64,000 bases of DNA from positions 124,001 to 188,000 of the forward strand of contig NIVC01000587.1 in assembly GCA_002269645.1 (NCBI GenBank), read 5' to 3'. The position numbers were made by a program, and so were the translations under genes. This stretch comes from Macrostomum lignano (taxonomy: Eukaryota). Shown here in pieces: positions 38,748-49,580 of the stretch. Under the pieces are notes generated by a model, which saw only the letters and a list, made by a program, of their open reading frames with translations, was not told where the DNA came from and did no database searches. Numbering within the stretch: the stretch's first letter is position 1; every line of letters starts with the position of its first letter.

Positions 38748-39880
38748 TCAGCCTGAGAATCTGAGGGGGGCAGTGGCACAGCCTGAGAATCTGAGGGGGG
38801 GGCGGTGGCCCAGCCTGAGAATCTGAGGGGGGGGGGGCGGTGGCCCAGCCTGAGAATCTGAGGGGGGGCGGTGGCCCAGCCTGAGAATCTGAGGGGGGGG
38901 CGGTGGCCCAGCCTGAGAATCTGAGGGGGGGGCGGTGGCCCAGCCTGAGAATCTGAGGGGGGGGGCGGTGGCACAGCCTGAGAATCTGAGGAGGGGCGGT
39001 GGCACAGCCTGAGAATCTGAGGAGGGGCGGTGGCACAGCCTGAGAATCTGAGGAGGGGCGGTGGCCCAGCCTGAGAATCTGAGGAGGGGCGGTGGCCCAG
39101 CCTGAGAATCTGAGGAGGGGCGGTGGCCCAGCCTGAGAATCTGAGGAGGGGCGGTGGCACAGCCTGAGAATCTGAGGAGGGGCGGTGGCCCAGCCTGAGA
39201 ATCTGAGGAGGGGCGGTGGCCCAGCCTGAGAATCTGAGGGGGGGGCGGTGGCACAGCCTGAGAATCTGAGGAGGGGCGGTGGCACAGCCTGAGAATCTGA
39301 GGAGGGGCGGTGGCACAGCCTGAGAATCTGAGGAGGGGCGGTGGCCCAGCCTGAGAATCTGAGGAGGGGCGGTGGCACAGCCTGAGAATCTGAGGAGGGG
39401 CGGTGGCACAGCCTGAGAATCTGAGGAGGGGCGGTGGCCCAGCCTGAGAATCTGAGGAGGGGCGGTGGCCCAGCCTGAGAATCTGAGGAGGGGCGGTGGC
39501 ACAGCCTGAGAATCTGAGGAGGGGCGGTGGCACAGCCTGAGAATCTGAGGAGGGGCGGTGGCCCAGCCTGAGAATCTGAGGAGGGGCGGTGGCACAGCCT
39601 GAGAATCTGAGGAGGGGCGGTGGCACAGCCTGAGAATCTGAGGAGGGGCGGTGGCCCAGCCTGAGAATCTGAGGAGGGGCGGTGGCCCAGCCTGAGAATC
39701 TGAGGAGGGGCGGTGGCACAGCCTGAGAATCTGAGGAGGGGCGGTGGCACAGCCTGAGAATCTGAGGAGGGGCGGTGGCCCAGCCTGAGAATCTGAGGAG
39801 GGGCGGTGGCACAGCCTGAGAATCTGAGGAGGGGCGGTGGCACAGCCTGAGAATCTGAGGAGGGGCGGTGGCCCAGCCTG
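38748..39880. repeat. 31-bp G-rich minisatellite
   Basis: CAGCCTGAGAATCTGAGGAGGGGCGGTGGC(A/C), about 36 copies. Confidence 0.97.
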
Positions 39881-40426
39881 AAAAAAGCTACTTACTACTA
39901 AGTCTAAGGTGTCTAAAACTCATAAAATACATAAATTAAGTAATTTTACAGTTTTTGGTGCCTTTTTTTAGCTTCCTAGAGCACTGCTTCCGCAATTGAC
40001 AGTCTGCATTTGCCGACAAAGTAATAAAAATCTTCGATGTAAATAGAAAATCCGCGTTAAAAAAACTAGTTTTTTGTGTTCCGTGTGGCAGTCGTCAGAT
40101 ATAGCCGCAGTGAGCCTATTTTTGGATGGGTCATGCGGATGCCAACAAGAACCATCCTCCCCTCCCACTGAGCCACAAATGAGCTCTAGATATATACTAG
40201 ACTCAGCCTGCTCAACTGACAATGGCAAGGGGCAGTCGGGCTACCCAGAGAAACCCGTGAGAGGGGTTGAAACCATGAGTTATGCGGAGGCTAATTTGCT
40301 TATTCATCTATCCACGCCGCTCTACCCTCGGGTCCGCCGCGAGCACTATTTAAAGCTGTGCGAGAGCTTTGAGAACATTGAGCTCAGCTCTCTAGTAAAT
40401 CTGCGCTAGCCTCTACAGACTCTGAA

Positions 40427-41077
40427 ATGAACTTTGCTGGAATCCTTCTCGCTGCACTGCTGCTCTGCGTAACGGCAGCTGCTGCCCAGCCACCGCCCGG
40501 GCCCCACCGGCTGCTCCGATGTCCCGCCGAGTTTGCCGCCCTCGTTGAACCGCTGCCCGACGACCCGAACCTGCAGCCGGTGCTCACGACCGGCCCTGGT
40601 GTCCGGCTGCAGACTGTCCGGTTCTTGCGCGACTCCGAGCTGAGGCTGGACTCGGCCGGCCGACTGTGGCTGAACGTTGGCGCCTCCAGCAGGTCGGCCG
40701 GCAGCCGCTTCAGCGGGCCGCACCATCTGGAGTGCCAAAACGGCCAGAAAACTGTCAGCTTCGTGCTGTACATCCGCCTGAGGACAGAGGCGCTGGCAAA
40801 TCCTGTGACAACGGCACCGCATAACAGTTCAGCAGCTGCTGCTGAGAGCATCGGTGGACTCAGTCCGAGGGAGCTGGTCCTGGCTGGAACTGCACTGCTG
40901 CTCCTACTGGCCTGCCTCTGCCTCACAGCTGCTCTCGTGGTGGTGTCAACAAGGCGAACCTGCTGCTGGCAGTACAGGCAAAAGAAAATATTCGTGCCGC
41001 CCACAGGTCTGAAGAGCGGGCACCAGCAGCTGCTGGGCAAGTCGCTAGGGGAGTTTCGCGAGGTCACGGATGTCTGA
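40427..41077 (+). CDS. intronless type I membrane protein, paralog 3 (216 aa)
   Basis: Signal peptide MNFAGILLAALLLCVTAAAAQ, same ectodomain, short stalk, TM, tail ending EVTDV. Confidence 0.87.
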   Translation: MNFAGILLAALLLCVTAAAAQPPPGPHRLLRCPAEFAALVEPLPDDPNLQPVLTTGPGVRLQTVRFLRDSELRLDSAGRLWLNVGASSRSAGSRFSGPHHLECQNGQKTVSFVLYIRLRTEALANPVTTAPHNSSAAAAESIGGLSPRELVLAGTALLLLLACLCLTAALVVVSTRRTCCWQYRQKKIFVPPTGLKSGHQQLLGKSLGEFREVTDV

Positions 41078-41531
41078 CATTCTTTGCTGTTTTTTTCTAA
41101 CTCCTTGACAATGTTAAAACAAATCTGCGCTTTTTGTTATTTATTCATGGGAACGGAACAATATACCGCATCAAGACTGTTAATAATCTGTTTTATTATT
41201 TTGCACCAATGACTCGAATTGCATAACGAATTTAGTAAAATTTATTTACTCAGTTGTGAAAGTTTAGCACATGTTTACTGAATAACAATGTCTTCATTAT
41301 TTGATAACAATCAATTAAATTACTCCTGCATGCATAATGGAAAAATATATTCAGACAGACAGCTAAGTGCCTATGAGATTCAGGATAAAGCTGGAAAGAA
41401 TATGCAGTGAAAAACTTCAACTCATCCAAAAAAGAATACATGTACAGTATTGTCTATCGAGTAAAAATATCTGCAAAGAATGACAGATTAACCATAATCT
41501 TCTCAGTTCGAAAAGGTTCCTAATCTGCTTT

Positions 41532-42434
41532 TCAAACTTCCATCTTGACCTCCTCGCTCTGTTGAAACAGCGGCTCGGCGCTGCACCCCAGGTTGGAGAC
41601 GAAGATCGGGTCCTTCAGACCACGCTGGGTGCAGCGACGTCGGCGAAGGGCGACTACAAGGGCGACGACGAGAGCGACGCAAATCGCGAGGAGCAACAGG
41701 ACGGCTGCGGCGAGAGCGCAGAACAGCGGGTCGTCGATGCGACTGACGGCTCCGTTGGCGGGATCTGCGGCGAGCCTCTCGGGAGCGGCTGATACCGTGA
41801 CAGCTGCAGACGGAGCAGCGGAGGTCTTGGTGGCTGCAGACGGAGCAGCGGAGGTCTTGGTGGCTGCAGACGGAGCAGCGGAGGTCTTGGTGGCTGCAGA
41901 CGGAGCAGCGGAGGTCTTGGTGGCTGCAGACGGAGCAGCGGAGGTCTTGGTGGTTGCAGACGGAGCAGCGGAGGTCTTGGTGGCTGCAGACGGAGCAGCG
42001 GAGGTCTTGGTGGCTGCAGACGGAGGAGCTGATGTCGCGGTTGCTTCAGGCAGAGCGTCTGAAGTGTTGACCTCGGTGATGTCCGGCGCCAGTCTGACGA
42101 ACAGCGAGAAGGTGATGAGGCCGCGGCGCTCGGTGTCGGAGCACAGCAGCACGTGCGGCCCGCTGAAGCGGTTGCCAGCCAACCTGCTGCTCAGCCACAG
42201 TTGGCCGTTCGAGTCCAGCCGCAGCTCGGAGTCCCGCAGGAACCCGACAGTCTGCAGCCGGACACCGGGGCCGGTCGTGAGCACGGGCTGCACGTCCGGA
42301 TTGTCGGGCAGCGGCTCAACGAAGGCGGCGAACTCCTCTGGACAGCGGAGCAGCCGGCGGGGTTCGGGCGGTGACTGGGCGCTGGCCAGCAGCAGAAGCA
42401 GCGGGCACAGGAAAATCACCTGGCTGAGATGCAT
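41532..42434 (-). CDS. intronless type I membrane protein, paralog 4 (300 aa from ATG 42434)
   Basis: Signal peptide MHLSQVIFLCPLLLLLASAQ, same ectodomain, stalk with ~7 copies of a 30-bp SAAPSAATKT repeat (~41808-42022), TM, tail ending KMEV. The upstream 34 codons in the ORF track are AT-rich and probably UTR. Confidence 0.87.
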   Translation of the reverse strand: MHLSQVIFLCPLLLLLASAQSPPEPRRLLRCPEEFAAFVEPLPDNPDVQPVLTTGPGVRLQTVGFLRDSELRLDSNGQLWLSSRLAGNRFSGPHVLLCSDTERRGLITFSLFVRLAPDITEVNTSDALPEATATSAPPSAATKTSAAPSAATKTSAAPSATTKTSAAPSAATKTSAAPSAATKTSAAPSAATKTSAAPSAATKTSAAPSAAVTVSAAPERLAADPANGAVSRIDDPLFCALAAAVLLLLAICVALVVALVVALRRRRCTQRGLKDPIFVSNLGCSAEPLFQQSEEVKMEV

Positions 42435-42627
42435 TTTTGTATCCGAAGTTTGTGATTCGAGTGTCTGAGCGTTTTTAAATTTTTCTTTTACGCTTTTATA
42501 ATTGCTGAATAAAAAACCTTGGAACTTCTGTTTCAAAAATGCTTGGAATTTCCACGATTGCCGCTACTGTCTACCCGCAGAATGAGGCAATGAGCCCGTG
42601 GTGCTCAGTTACTGTACAGCCCTGTGC

Positions 42628-42635
42628 TATAAATA
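42628..42635 (+). promoter_or_regulatory. possible TATA box for a + strand transcript, divergent from paralog 4
   Basis: TATAAATA followed by a donor (GTAGGT, 42672) and an AG/GT-bounded segment at 42711-42814 that may be a 5' UTR exon of the 45370 gene. Confidence 0.35.
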
Positions 42636-42852
42636 GCTTAACATGGATCTAGCAGCAGTTGAATGGAGTTGGTAGGTCTGGCTTCTAAATGTTATTGTTT
42701 CTTTTTTTAGGCTGTCTGTCACCTTCTGCCCAACAATAGCAAAGTTCTACCCAGCTAATTCCAGCATACAGAGCGCGTTTGTAGCTAACTGGCCTCCACG
42801 CGAAATACTACGAGGTAATTCTATGAAAACTTTTCTGGGAAATGACACGTTC

Positions 42853-45150
42853 TTTTTTTAAACAGTTGGATGTCCAATATCCTGGATGTTCAGCTAGCCA
42901 GACGTTTCACCAGGTGTTATAGGTATATCCTGCAACGCCGTGTGGGCCGCCGCCAGCCAGAGCGTCGCCTCAGCATCCTGGGTTACGCCGATGATCTCGC
43001 TCTGCTGTCCTCAACCGTCGAGGTCGCCCAACGTCAGCTGGACCGTCTGGTTGGTGTTGCTGCGAGCGTCGGCCTGGTGATCAACACGCAAAAGACCGTC
43101 GTGCTCACCATGCCCACCAACATCCAAGCCGACATCTACTGCCGAGGCGCTGATGGGCAGGCAATGCTGCTGCCGCGCGTTCAGCAGTTCGTGTACCTCG
43201 GCGGCCTGGTACCCGACGCCTTCGACGACCTGAGGCGTCGCCGTGGACTCGCTTGGGCGGCCTTCAACTCCATGAGGACCGTCCTGCACTCTGCGGCCCT
43301 GCCAGACCGTCAGCGCTCGGCGTTGTTCCAGGCGGTGATCGAGACCGTCCTGCTCTACAACGCTGAAACATGGACGCTGACGGAGACGCTCGAGCGACAG
43401 GTCGACGCGGCGCACGCCGGCCTGCTGCGCGCTGCCTTCAAGATCGGCGGCGGCGAGCATGCCACCAACGCGGCGCTGTACGCCCGAGCTCGCCTGGCCC
43501 GCCCCAGCGATCTGCTTCGCCGCCGGCGGCTCCAGCTGGCAGGCCACCTCATCCGCGCTGAGGCGTACTGCCCCGAGCCGGCGCAGGAGGCGCTGCTGCT
43601 TGCGCTCCCGGCGCCCTTCCGGCGGGGGCAGGCGCGAACTCGGCGGTATCCGGACTGCCTGCTGGCCGATGCTGGCGCCCCCGACCAGGCCGGTGGACCG
43701 GCCTTTCTCCGCTCCCGTGCTCTGAGGCGCGACCTGTGACGCCCAACATCGACCCTGGGGCGTAACTTGTTGTTGTTGTTGTTGTATAGGTATATGCTCT
43801 CGAAGAGAACCGGGATTGGAACGAGTGAGTGAGCCTGGCCCTGGTAAAGACCGGGCAGTGGCAGATAAAGTGCTCGGCGCTTTCACTGCCTGAGCTACAG
43901 AAGGGGCACCGCTCCTCAGGTACCTGGCCCTGAAGAAAGCGATGGCGATAGAAGCAGCCATGGGGGAGTGGGCCATGCTGACTGCTCTGAGGTCGCTGCA
44001 GTGGAGCCTAAGGAGGGCTCTACGCATGAGATGGGAAGGCAGGGGACGGCAGCGCGGGATTTCCTGCAATTTTGAGTGGTCGTGTCACCTGCGGAGATGC
44101 TTGGAGTCAGCTCAGCGCTTAACGCGGGAATTGATCCCCGAGGCGAGGATAGGGGCCCCTGTGCGGAGCCAGCCTTGACCAGCAGGTCAACGCACTCGTT
44201 GCCAGTTGCGAAGTTGAGTCTAGTATGCTTGGAGTAGCTCCGCACCGCTTCTCTCTTGATAAGGACGCAAGCTCCGAAGTTTGAGAGACCAATGCCTCAT
44301 AGAGCCGTCAGTGTAACAGTGGACTTCGGAATCGCTCCAGCTGTCACTCGCCTCGTGTCGAGGCTGAACAGTGACCTTCTACCTCTGTCTCAGGAGAAGG
44401 GTGGCTTGAATCGAGTCCGTGAGGATGTTGAGCCCGCCACACTTCTCGAGAGTCTTGAGGCAGATGTCGGAGTGCGGGATAAGCGACCGCTTCTTAAAGG
44501 CCCGCACCTTTTTAAAGGCCACCCCAGCATCCAGAAGGCACCGGGTGCTCTTCGCCGCCTCTTCTTTTCATATAAATATCCAGAGAAGGATCATGTATTC
44601 AAAAGGAGCAGACAGTGGAGCGCTCATAGTCATGCGGCAGGCTCTGCCCTGGATTTTGTAGAGAGCGTCGAGGTTGCTCAGACCGCTAGCCCACACGGGG
44701 CTGGCGTAACTGATCGAGGGGTGGACAGTGGCAGCGTAAATCCACCACAGCTTCCTGGGGGTGAGCTCCCAGGTGGACCGCCAGGGCTTTTTTGCTTCAG
44801 CTTGGATGTGGGGGTCCAGTTAAGGCTGTGGTCTAGAGTGAGGCCCAGGCAGCAGACCTGCTTCTCCATAGAAATGTCACATTTCCAGAGCAGTTTGTTG
44901 GAAAACATGACCACTGTGGTTTGCAACTCTGAGAGCCTGAGACCACATTGGTTTGCTCAACGCTGCATAGCCCACTATAAATGAGGTCATGAAAATCCCT
45001 ACAAAACAACTAATTCATGACCATGTTCCAAAGAACAGGGGTAAGGACAATGAGAGGCTGGGTTGTCCTGGATTTCAAGGGCTCTGCCAAAGGCCTCGAA
45101 GATCATATTGTCGAAGGCCTCCTCAATGTCCAGGAAAAGCGCGAGCTTTT
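42853..45150 (-). mobile_element. degenerate RNase H-containing LINE (LOA/I-group-like), 5'-truncated, interrupted by an RTE
   Basis: Frameshifted minus-strand motifs in order: ALFLDIEEAFDN (~45140), CLGLTLDHSLNW, LTPRKLWWIYAATVHPSISYASPVW, VHCYTDGS (RNase H), GNECVDLLVKAG, and the CCHC finger CPFCSSGSESAEHFICHCP (~43900). A possible A-tail lies at 42853-42859; the left boundary is uncertain. Confidence 0.82.
42929..43784 (+). mobile_element. 5'-truncated RTE-clade LINE with intact RT C-terminal frame and (TTG)n tail
   Basis: GYADDL, FVYLGG, LLYNAETWTL, RRRRLQLAGH; stop at 43739; (TTG)6 tail; 11-bp TSD TATAGGTATAT at 42918-42928 and 43785-43795. Confidence 0.93.
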
Positions 45151-45369
45151 ATCGTACGCTAAAAAAATATACTTCGATTCGTGTAACTTTTAATTAAGTT
45201 TCTAAATTATGGAATAAACAAAAGCAGCTACTGCATGGTACCCGCAGTCTATGGCCGAAAGTCAATTCTCAAAACTTTGTGACTGCGTCTGTCAAATTTA
45301 ATAAAAAAACCCACCCGGAGTTGCGTCAAGTTGCTAGGCTGACCGAATATTTTGGTGCATATAAAACAG

Positions 45370-48300
45370 CAACTCGACAATCCTGGCGCAGTCAGCTGAC
45401 AGCCTGGACATCGGCCTGCTGTACCAGGAGTACAATCGTTGCTCCGCGGATGTCCAACGGCAGCAACCGTCATCGTCGCGTCAGCGGCATCAGCAGCGAC
45501 AGACGCGTCAGGAACATCATCAGCAGCAGCAGCTGTCGCAGCAGCCGCATCAGCAGCAGCAGCGCCTACCGCAGCCGGTGGCTCAAGGTCAGGAGCTCGC
45601 AATGGCCAGCTCACTGCTCAACGGCATCGGGCGGGTCATGCCCCGGCTGCTGGGCAGGGCACCATCGCCGACCAGCAGCCGCCTGACTGCCAGCCTGCCA
45701 CCGAGCGCCACCTCTGATGCCTCCACTTGGCAACCGCAACAACCGCAGCAACAACAGCAGCAGAAACAGCCAGTTCCTCAAGCAGCTCCATCAACCGCAG
45801 GGTCAGCAGCGGAAGCGGCCGAGACAGAAATTTATTCATCTAATCGAAGATCGAAACGGCGAGGTGAGTTTCTAGTATTTATAATAACATCTTTACGCCG
45901 AAGTAAAACGAGGTTGTGTCACGTGACTTTGACATGTCACGTGACACATGACTGCCTGCGTATTGGATGCTTTCCTTCAAGATTGTGATTCTATATCATT
46001 GAAATCGCGGGATTATCTCGTGTTTTACAATAGTAGAATATAATAAATTGTAATAATAATCGATTACGCCTGCCCTAATAGGGCCAGTTGTGCCACCGAC
46101 AGCTCAGCCGCAGCTATTGCGCGGCGCATCTGAAGGCTGCGTAGAGCTGTTCAGTCCAAAAACTGGGGGGGGGGTCGCCAAGGACACAAATTGTTCCAGT
46201 GGAATACGAATCGAACCCCCGACCTTCGTGTCCGGCGCTCTAGCCACTAGGCTACAACCCCTACTAGACTACAACCCCCTAATACTCGTAGAATATAATA
46301 GGATATAATTAGACTAAAGCTTCATTCTAAAATATTCTCTAAACGTATTATTTGGCTATTTCGTACATTTATAAAACTTTTAGCTTCGCCAGCCAAGAGG
46401 CATAGAAGCCTCATTGCTGAGACGCAATTGCCGTGGCATGTTGCTGACTACGACTATAGCGCTACTGCGGAGTCTGCAAAGCCGGAGCAGCAACTCAAAG
46501 ACTCGAGGACTGAGCACAGCAGCCGCAGTGCCAGCGCCGGCAGGCCTCTGCTTGTGATGGGTGAGTTCAGTGTCTGCTGGCAGCTACTTGCCTGATTTAT
46601 TTGTTAGCAAGAAAAAAAGCGATTTTAATACATCTACTATAAGTAGAGTGTACTGCAAAATAGCGAATTATGCGTAAATTCTACGAGTTCCTTTTCTGCC
46701 AAAATATGTACTGCAGATCCGCGCGAAGTGAAAAGCGTACTAACTCAGGTCGTTTCTTCGACCATGCGCGACCTGCTCTCTAGAGACCAAGAGGCTCGAG
46801 AACGCACTCTGCTACGGCAGATTCGGCAGACCCTCGGTGAATTTGAGGCATCAATTGCTGGACTTGTGAACAAACTTGCAGGTGAGGGACTGAGAGGGGC
46901 TGTGTTTTGTTTTTTATTCTGAGGTGCCTTACTGGATTTTAGAAACCAACTCAAATTCTGTTCAGCAGAAAAAGAGAAGGACAGCAGAAACGATAGGCGA
47001 CAGTCCGACAGGCCGCAGCGCGCCCGGGCGCCTGTCAACAACTCCGCAGACGTCAACAAAGCCAGACTGCCCGCTGTATCCTCGGTAGGCGCCGCGCCTT
47101 CGACCGCTTCTCCGAGCCGCGAGACCGGCCAGTCAATCAAGGAGTCATGCCGCTGTCAGTTTCAGCAGCATCAGTGCTGCTGCAGCAGCGACTGCGGCGA
47201 GGTCGGAGTGGCCGGCAGCGCTGACGACAGACAAAAAGATTGCTGTGAAAGTGGCGGCTCAGAAAAAATTGATGAGGAAAGCGCGAGCGGTCGGGTGGCG
47301 CTGGGAGACTCTGAAAGCTATGGCTGCTCAGCCCTGCCCTTGTTGTGTGAGTCAATTGGATTTTACTGTATTTTTGTCAACGAAAGACACTGAGGAAATT
47401 TTCCAAGTTACTGAAGAAAGTTTCTATTACAAAAAATGAATGCAAAGAAGGCTTTAGTTTGAATTTAAATTAAAAGCACAAGAAAAAATAGGAAATAAAT
47501 GGTCCTTCACTCGAGAACTGCAGTCGTTAAAGGTTTAAAGTCACTTTTATAGTGCAGAAAGGTCCATGGACACTATTCAACTCAAACAAGTTTCAAGGTC
47601 ACTAGAGAGAAGTAGAGGAAAGTTTCTTCAAGGTCACTAATCAACTCGAACAAGTTTCAAGGTCACTAGAGAAGTAGAGGAAAGTTTCAAGGTCACTGGA
47701 GAACTAGAGGAAAGCTTCAAGGTCATTAATCAACTCGAACAAGTTTCAAGGTCACTGGAGAATTAGAGGAATATTTCAAGGTCATTATTCAACTCGAACA
47801 AGTTTCAAGGTCACTAAAGAACTAGGCGGAAAGCTACAAGGTCACTAATCAGCTCGAACAAGTTTCAAGGTCACTGGAAAACTAGAGGAAAGTTCCAAGG
47901 TCACTAGAGAACTACGAGTAGAGGAAAGCTCCAAGGTCACTATTCAACTCGAACAAGTTTCAAGGTCACTAGTGAACTAGAGGAAAGTTTCAAGGTCAAT
48001 TGAGAAATAGAGGAAAGCTTCAAGGTCACTTTTCAACTCGAACAAGTTTCAAGGTCACTAGAGAACTTGTTTCAAGTTTCAAGGTCACTAGAGAACTTGT
48101 TTCAAGTTTAAAGGTCTCTAGAGAACTTATTTGAACTTTCAAGGTCACTAGAGAACTAGAGAAAAGTTTCAAGGTTACTAATAGGCTCAAAGTGGCTTAG
48201 GAGTCACTGGAGAAGTCGGTGAAAGATAAAGTCATTGAGGGCGACCATCTGCCTACTGTTCACCTATAATCTCATCTCCAGACCGTCCAGTCAGCAAGCT

Positions 48301-48562
48301 GGGCTGCCCAGGCTGCACCACAGTCGGTGTCGATGTTGGCATGGGAGGCAAATCCGGCAGAGGCCGACTGCAGAAGAACTTCAATCACCACTCCACTGGC
48401 CTGACCAGCAGCGACGACAGCAGCAGCTGCAGCAGCAGCGACACCAGCAGCAATGCCAGCCTCAGCAGCATCAGCTCCCAAGGTCTCCAAGGTGCGCTCT
48501 CGGGATCAGCAGATTCTGTTGTCGAGTTGTTTGGTCCTCTGAGCAACCCGGAGCTTGTGTAA
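45370..48562 (+). CDS. orphan low-complexity protein with a central helical/coiled-coil segment (421 aa if started at ATG 45602)
   Basis: Exons 45370(or 45602)-45863, 46384-46560, 46717-46881, 46966-47346 and 48282-48562. Phases are compatible (1266 nt from the ATG). The Q-rich frame is open from the acceptor at 45370. No domain recognised. Confidence 0.68.
46051..46255 (-). mobile_element. SINE copy with full tRNA head but central CORE segment deleted
   Basis: A box TAGCCTAGTGGCTAGAGC and B box GGTTCGATTC. It joins GTGTCCTT directly to GGCGACCCCC, skipping the ~8871-8956 equivalent, and has an (ATT)n tail. Confidence 0.82.
47575..48180. repeat. degenerate ~27-30-bp compound minisatellite with TTCAAGGTCA core
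   Basis: Two alternating spacer types around a constant core. Confidence 0.92.
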
Positions 48563-48659
48563 GAATAATATGCTTCTGATGTTTGATGAAGAACCCGGGT
48601 GTATCAATAAACATAATCTATTGTATTAATAAGGACCCGAATTCTGGTCTTAAATTTCA

Positions 48660-49580
48660 GCTTATCAGCTTATCACCCACTCAACTAATCACCCATTTAA
48701 CTACAATAGTTTATCCCCCACTCAAACAAGCTTATCACCCACTCAACAAGCTTATCACTCACTCAACTAGCTTATCACCCACTCAACAAGCTTATCACCC
48801 ACTCAACTAGCTTATCACCCACTCAACTAGCTTATCACCCACTCAACAAGCTTATCACCCACTCAACTAGCTTATCACCCACTCAACAAGCTTATCACCC
48901 ACTCAACAAGCTTATCACCCACTCAACTAGCTTATCACCCACTCAACAAGCTTATCACCCACTCAACAAGCTTATCACCCACTCAACTAGCTTATCACCC
49001 ACTCAAACAAGCTTATCACCCACTCAACAAGCTTATCACTCACTCAACTAGCTTATCACCCACTCAACAAGCTTATCACCCACTCAACTAGCTTATCACC
49101 CACTCAACAAGCTTATCACCCACTCAACAAGCTTATCACCCACTCAACTAGCTTATCACCCACTCAAACAAGCTTATCACCCACTCAACAAGCTTATCAC
49201 CCACTCAACAAGCTTATCACCCACTCAACTAGCTTATCACCCACTCAACAAGCTTATCACCCACTCAACAAGCTTATCACCCACTCAACAAGCTTATCAC
49301 CCACTCAACTAGCTTATCACCCACTCAACTAGCTTATCACCCACTCAACAAGCTTATCACCCACTCAACAAGCTTATCACCCACTCAACAAGCTTATCAC
49401 CCACTCAACTAGCTTATCACCCACTCAACTAGCTTATCACCCACTCAACAAGCTTATCACCCACTCAACAAGCTTATCACCCACTCAACAAGCTTATCAC
49501 CCACTCAACAAGCTTATCACCCACTCAACTAGCTTATTACACACTCAACTATCTAATATCAGCCACTCAACTAGCTAATA
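48660..49580. repeat. 20-bp minisatellite
   Basis: CACTCAAC(A/T)AGCTTATCACC, about 45 copies. Confidence 0.97.

Noticed and set aside
40074-40409. 111-aa ORF upstream of paralog 3
   Set aside because: No motif or splice link; it overlaps the likely promoter and may be a repeat remnant.
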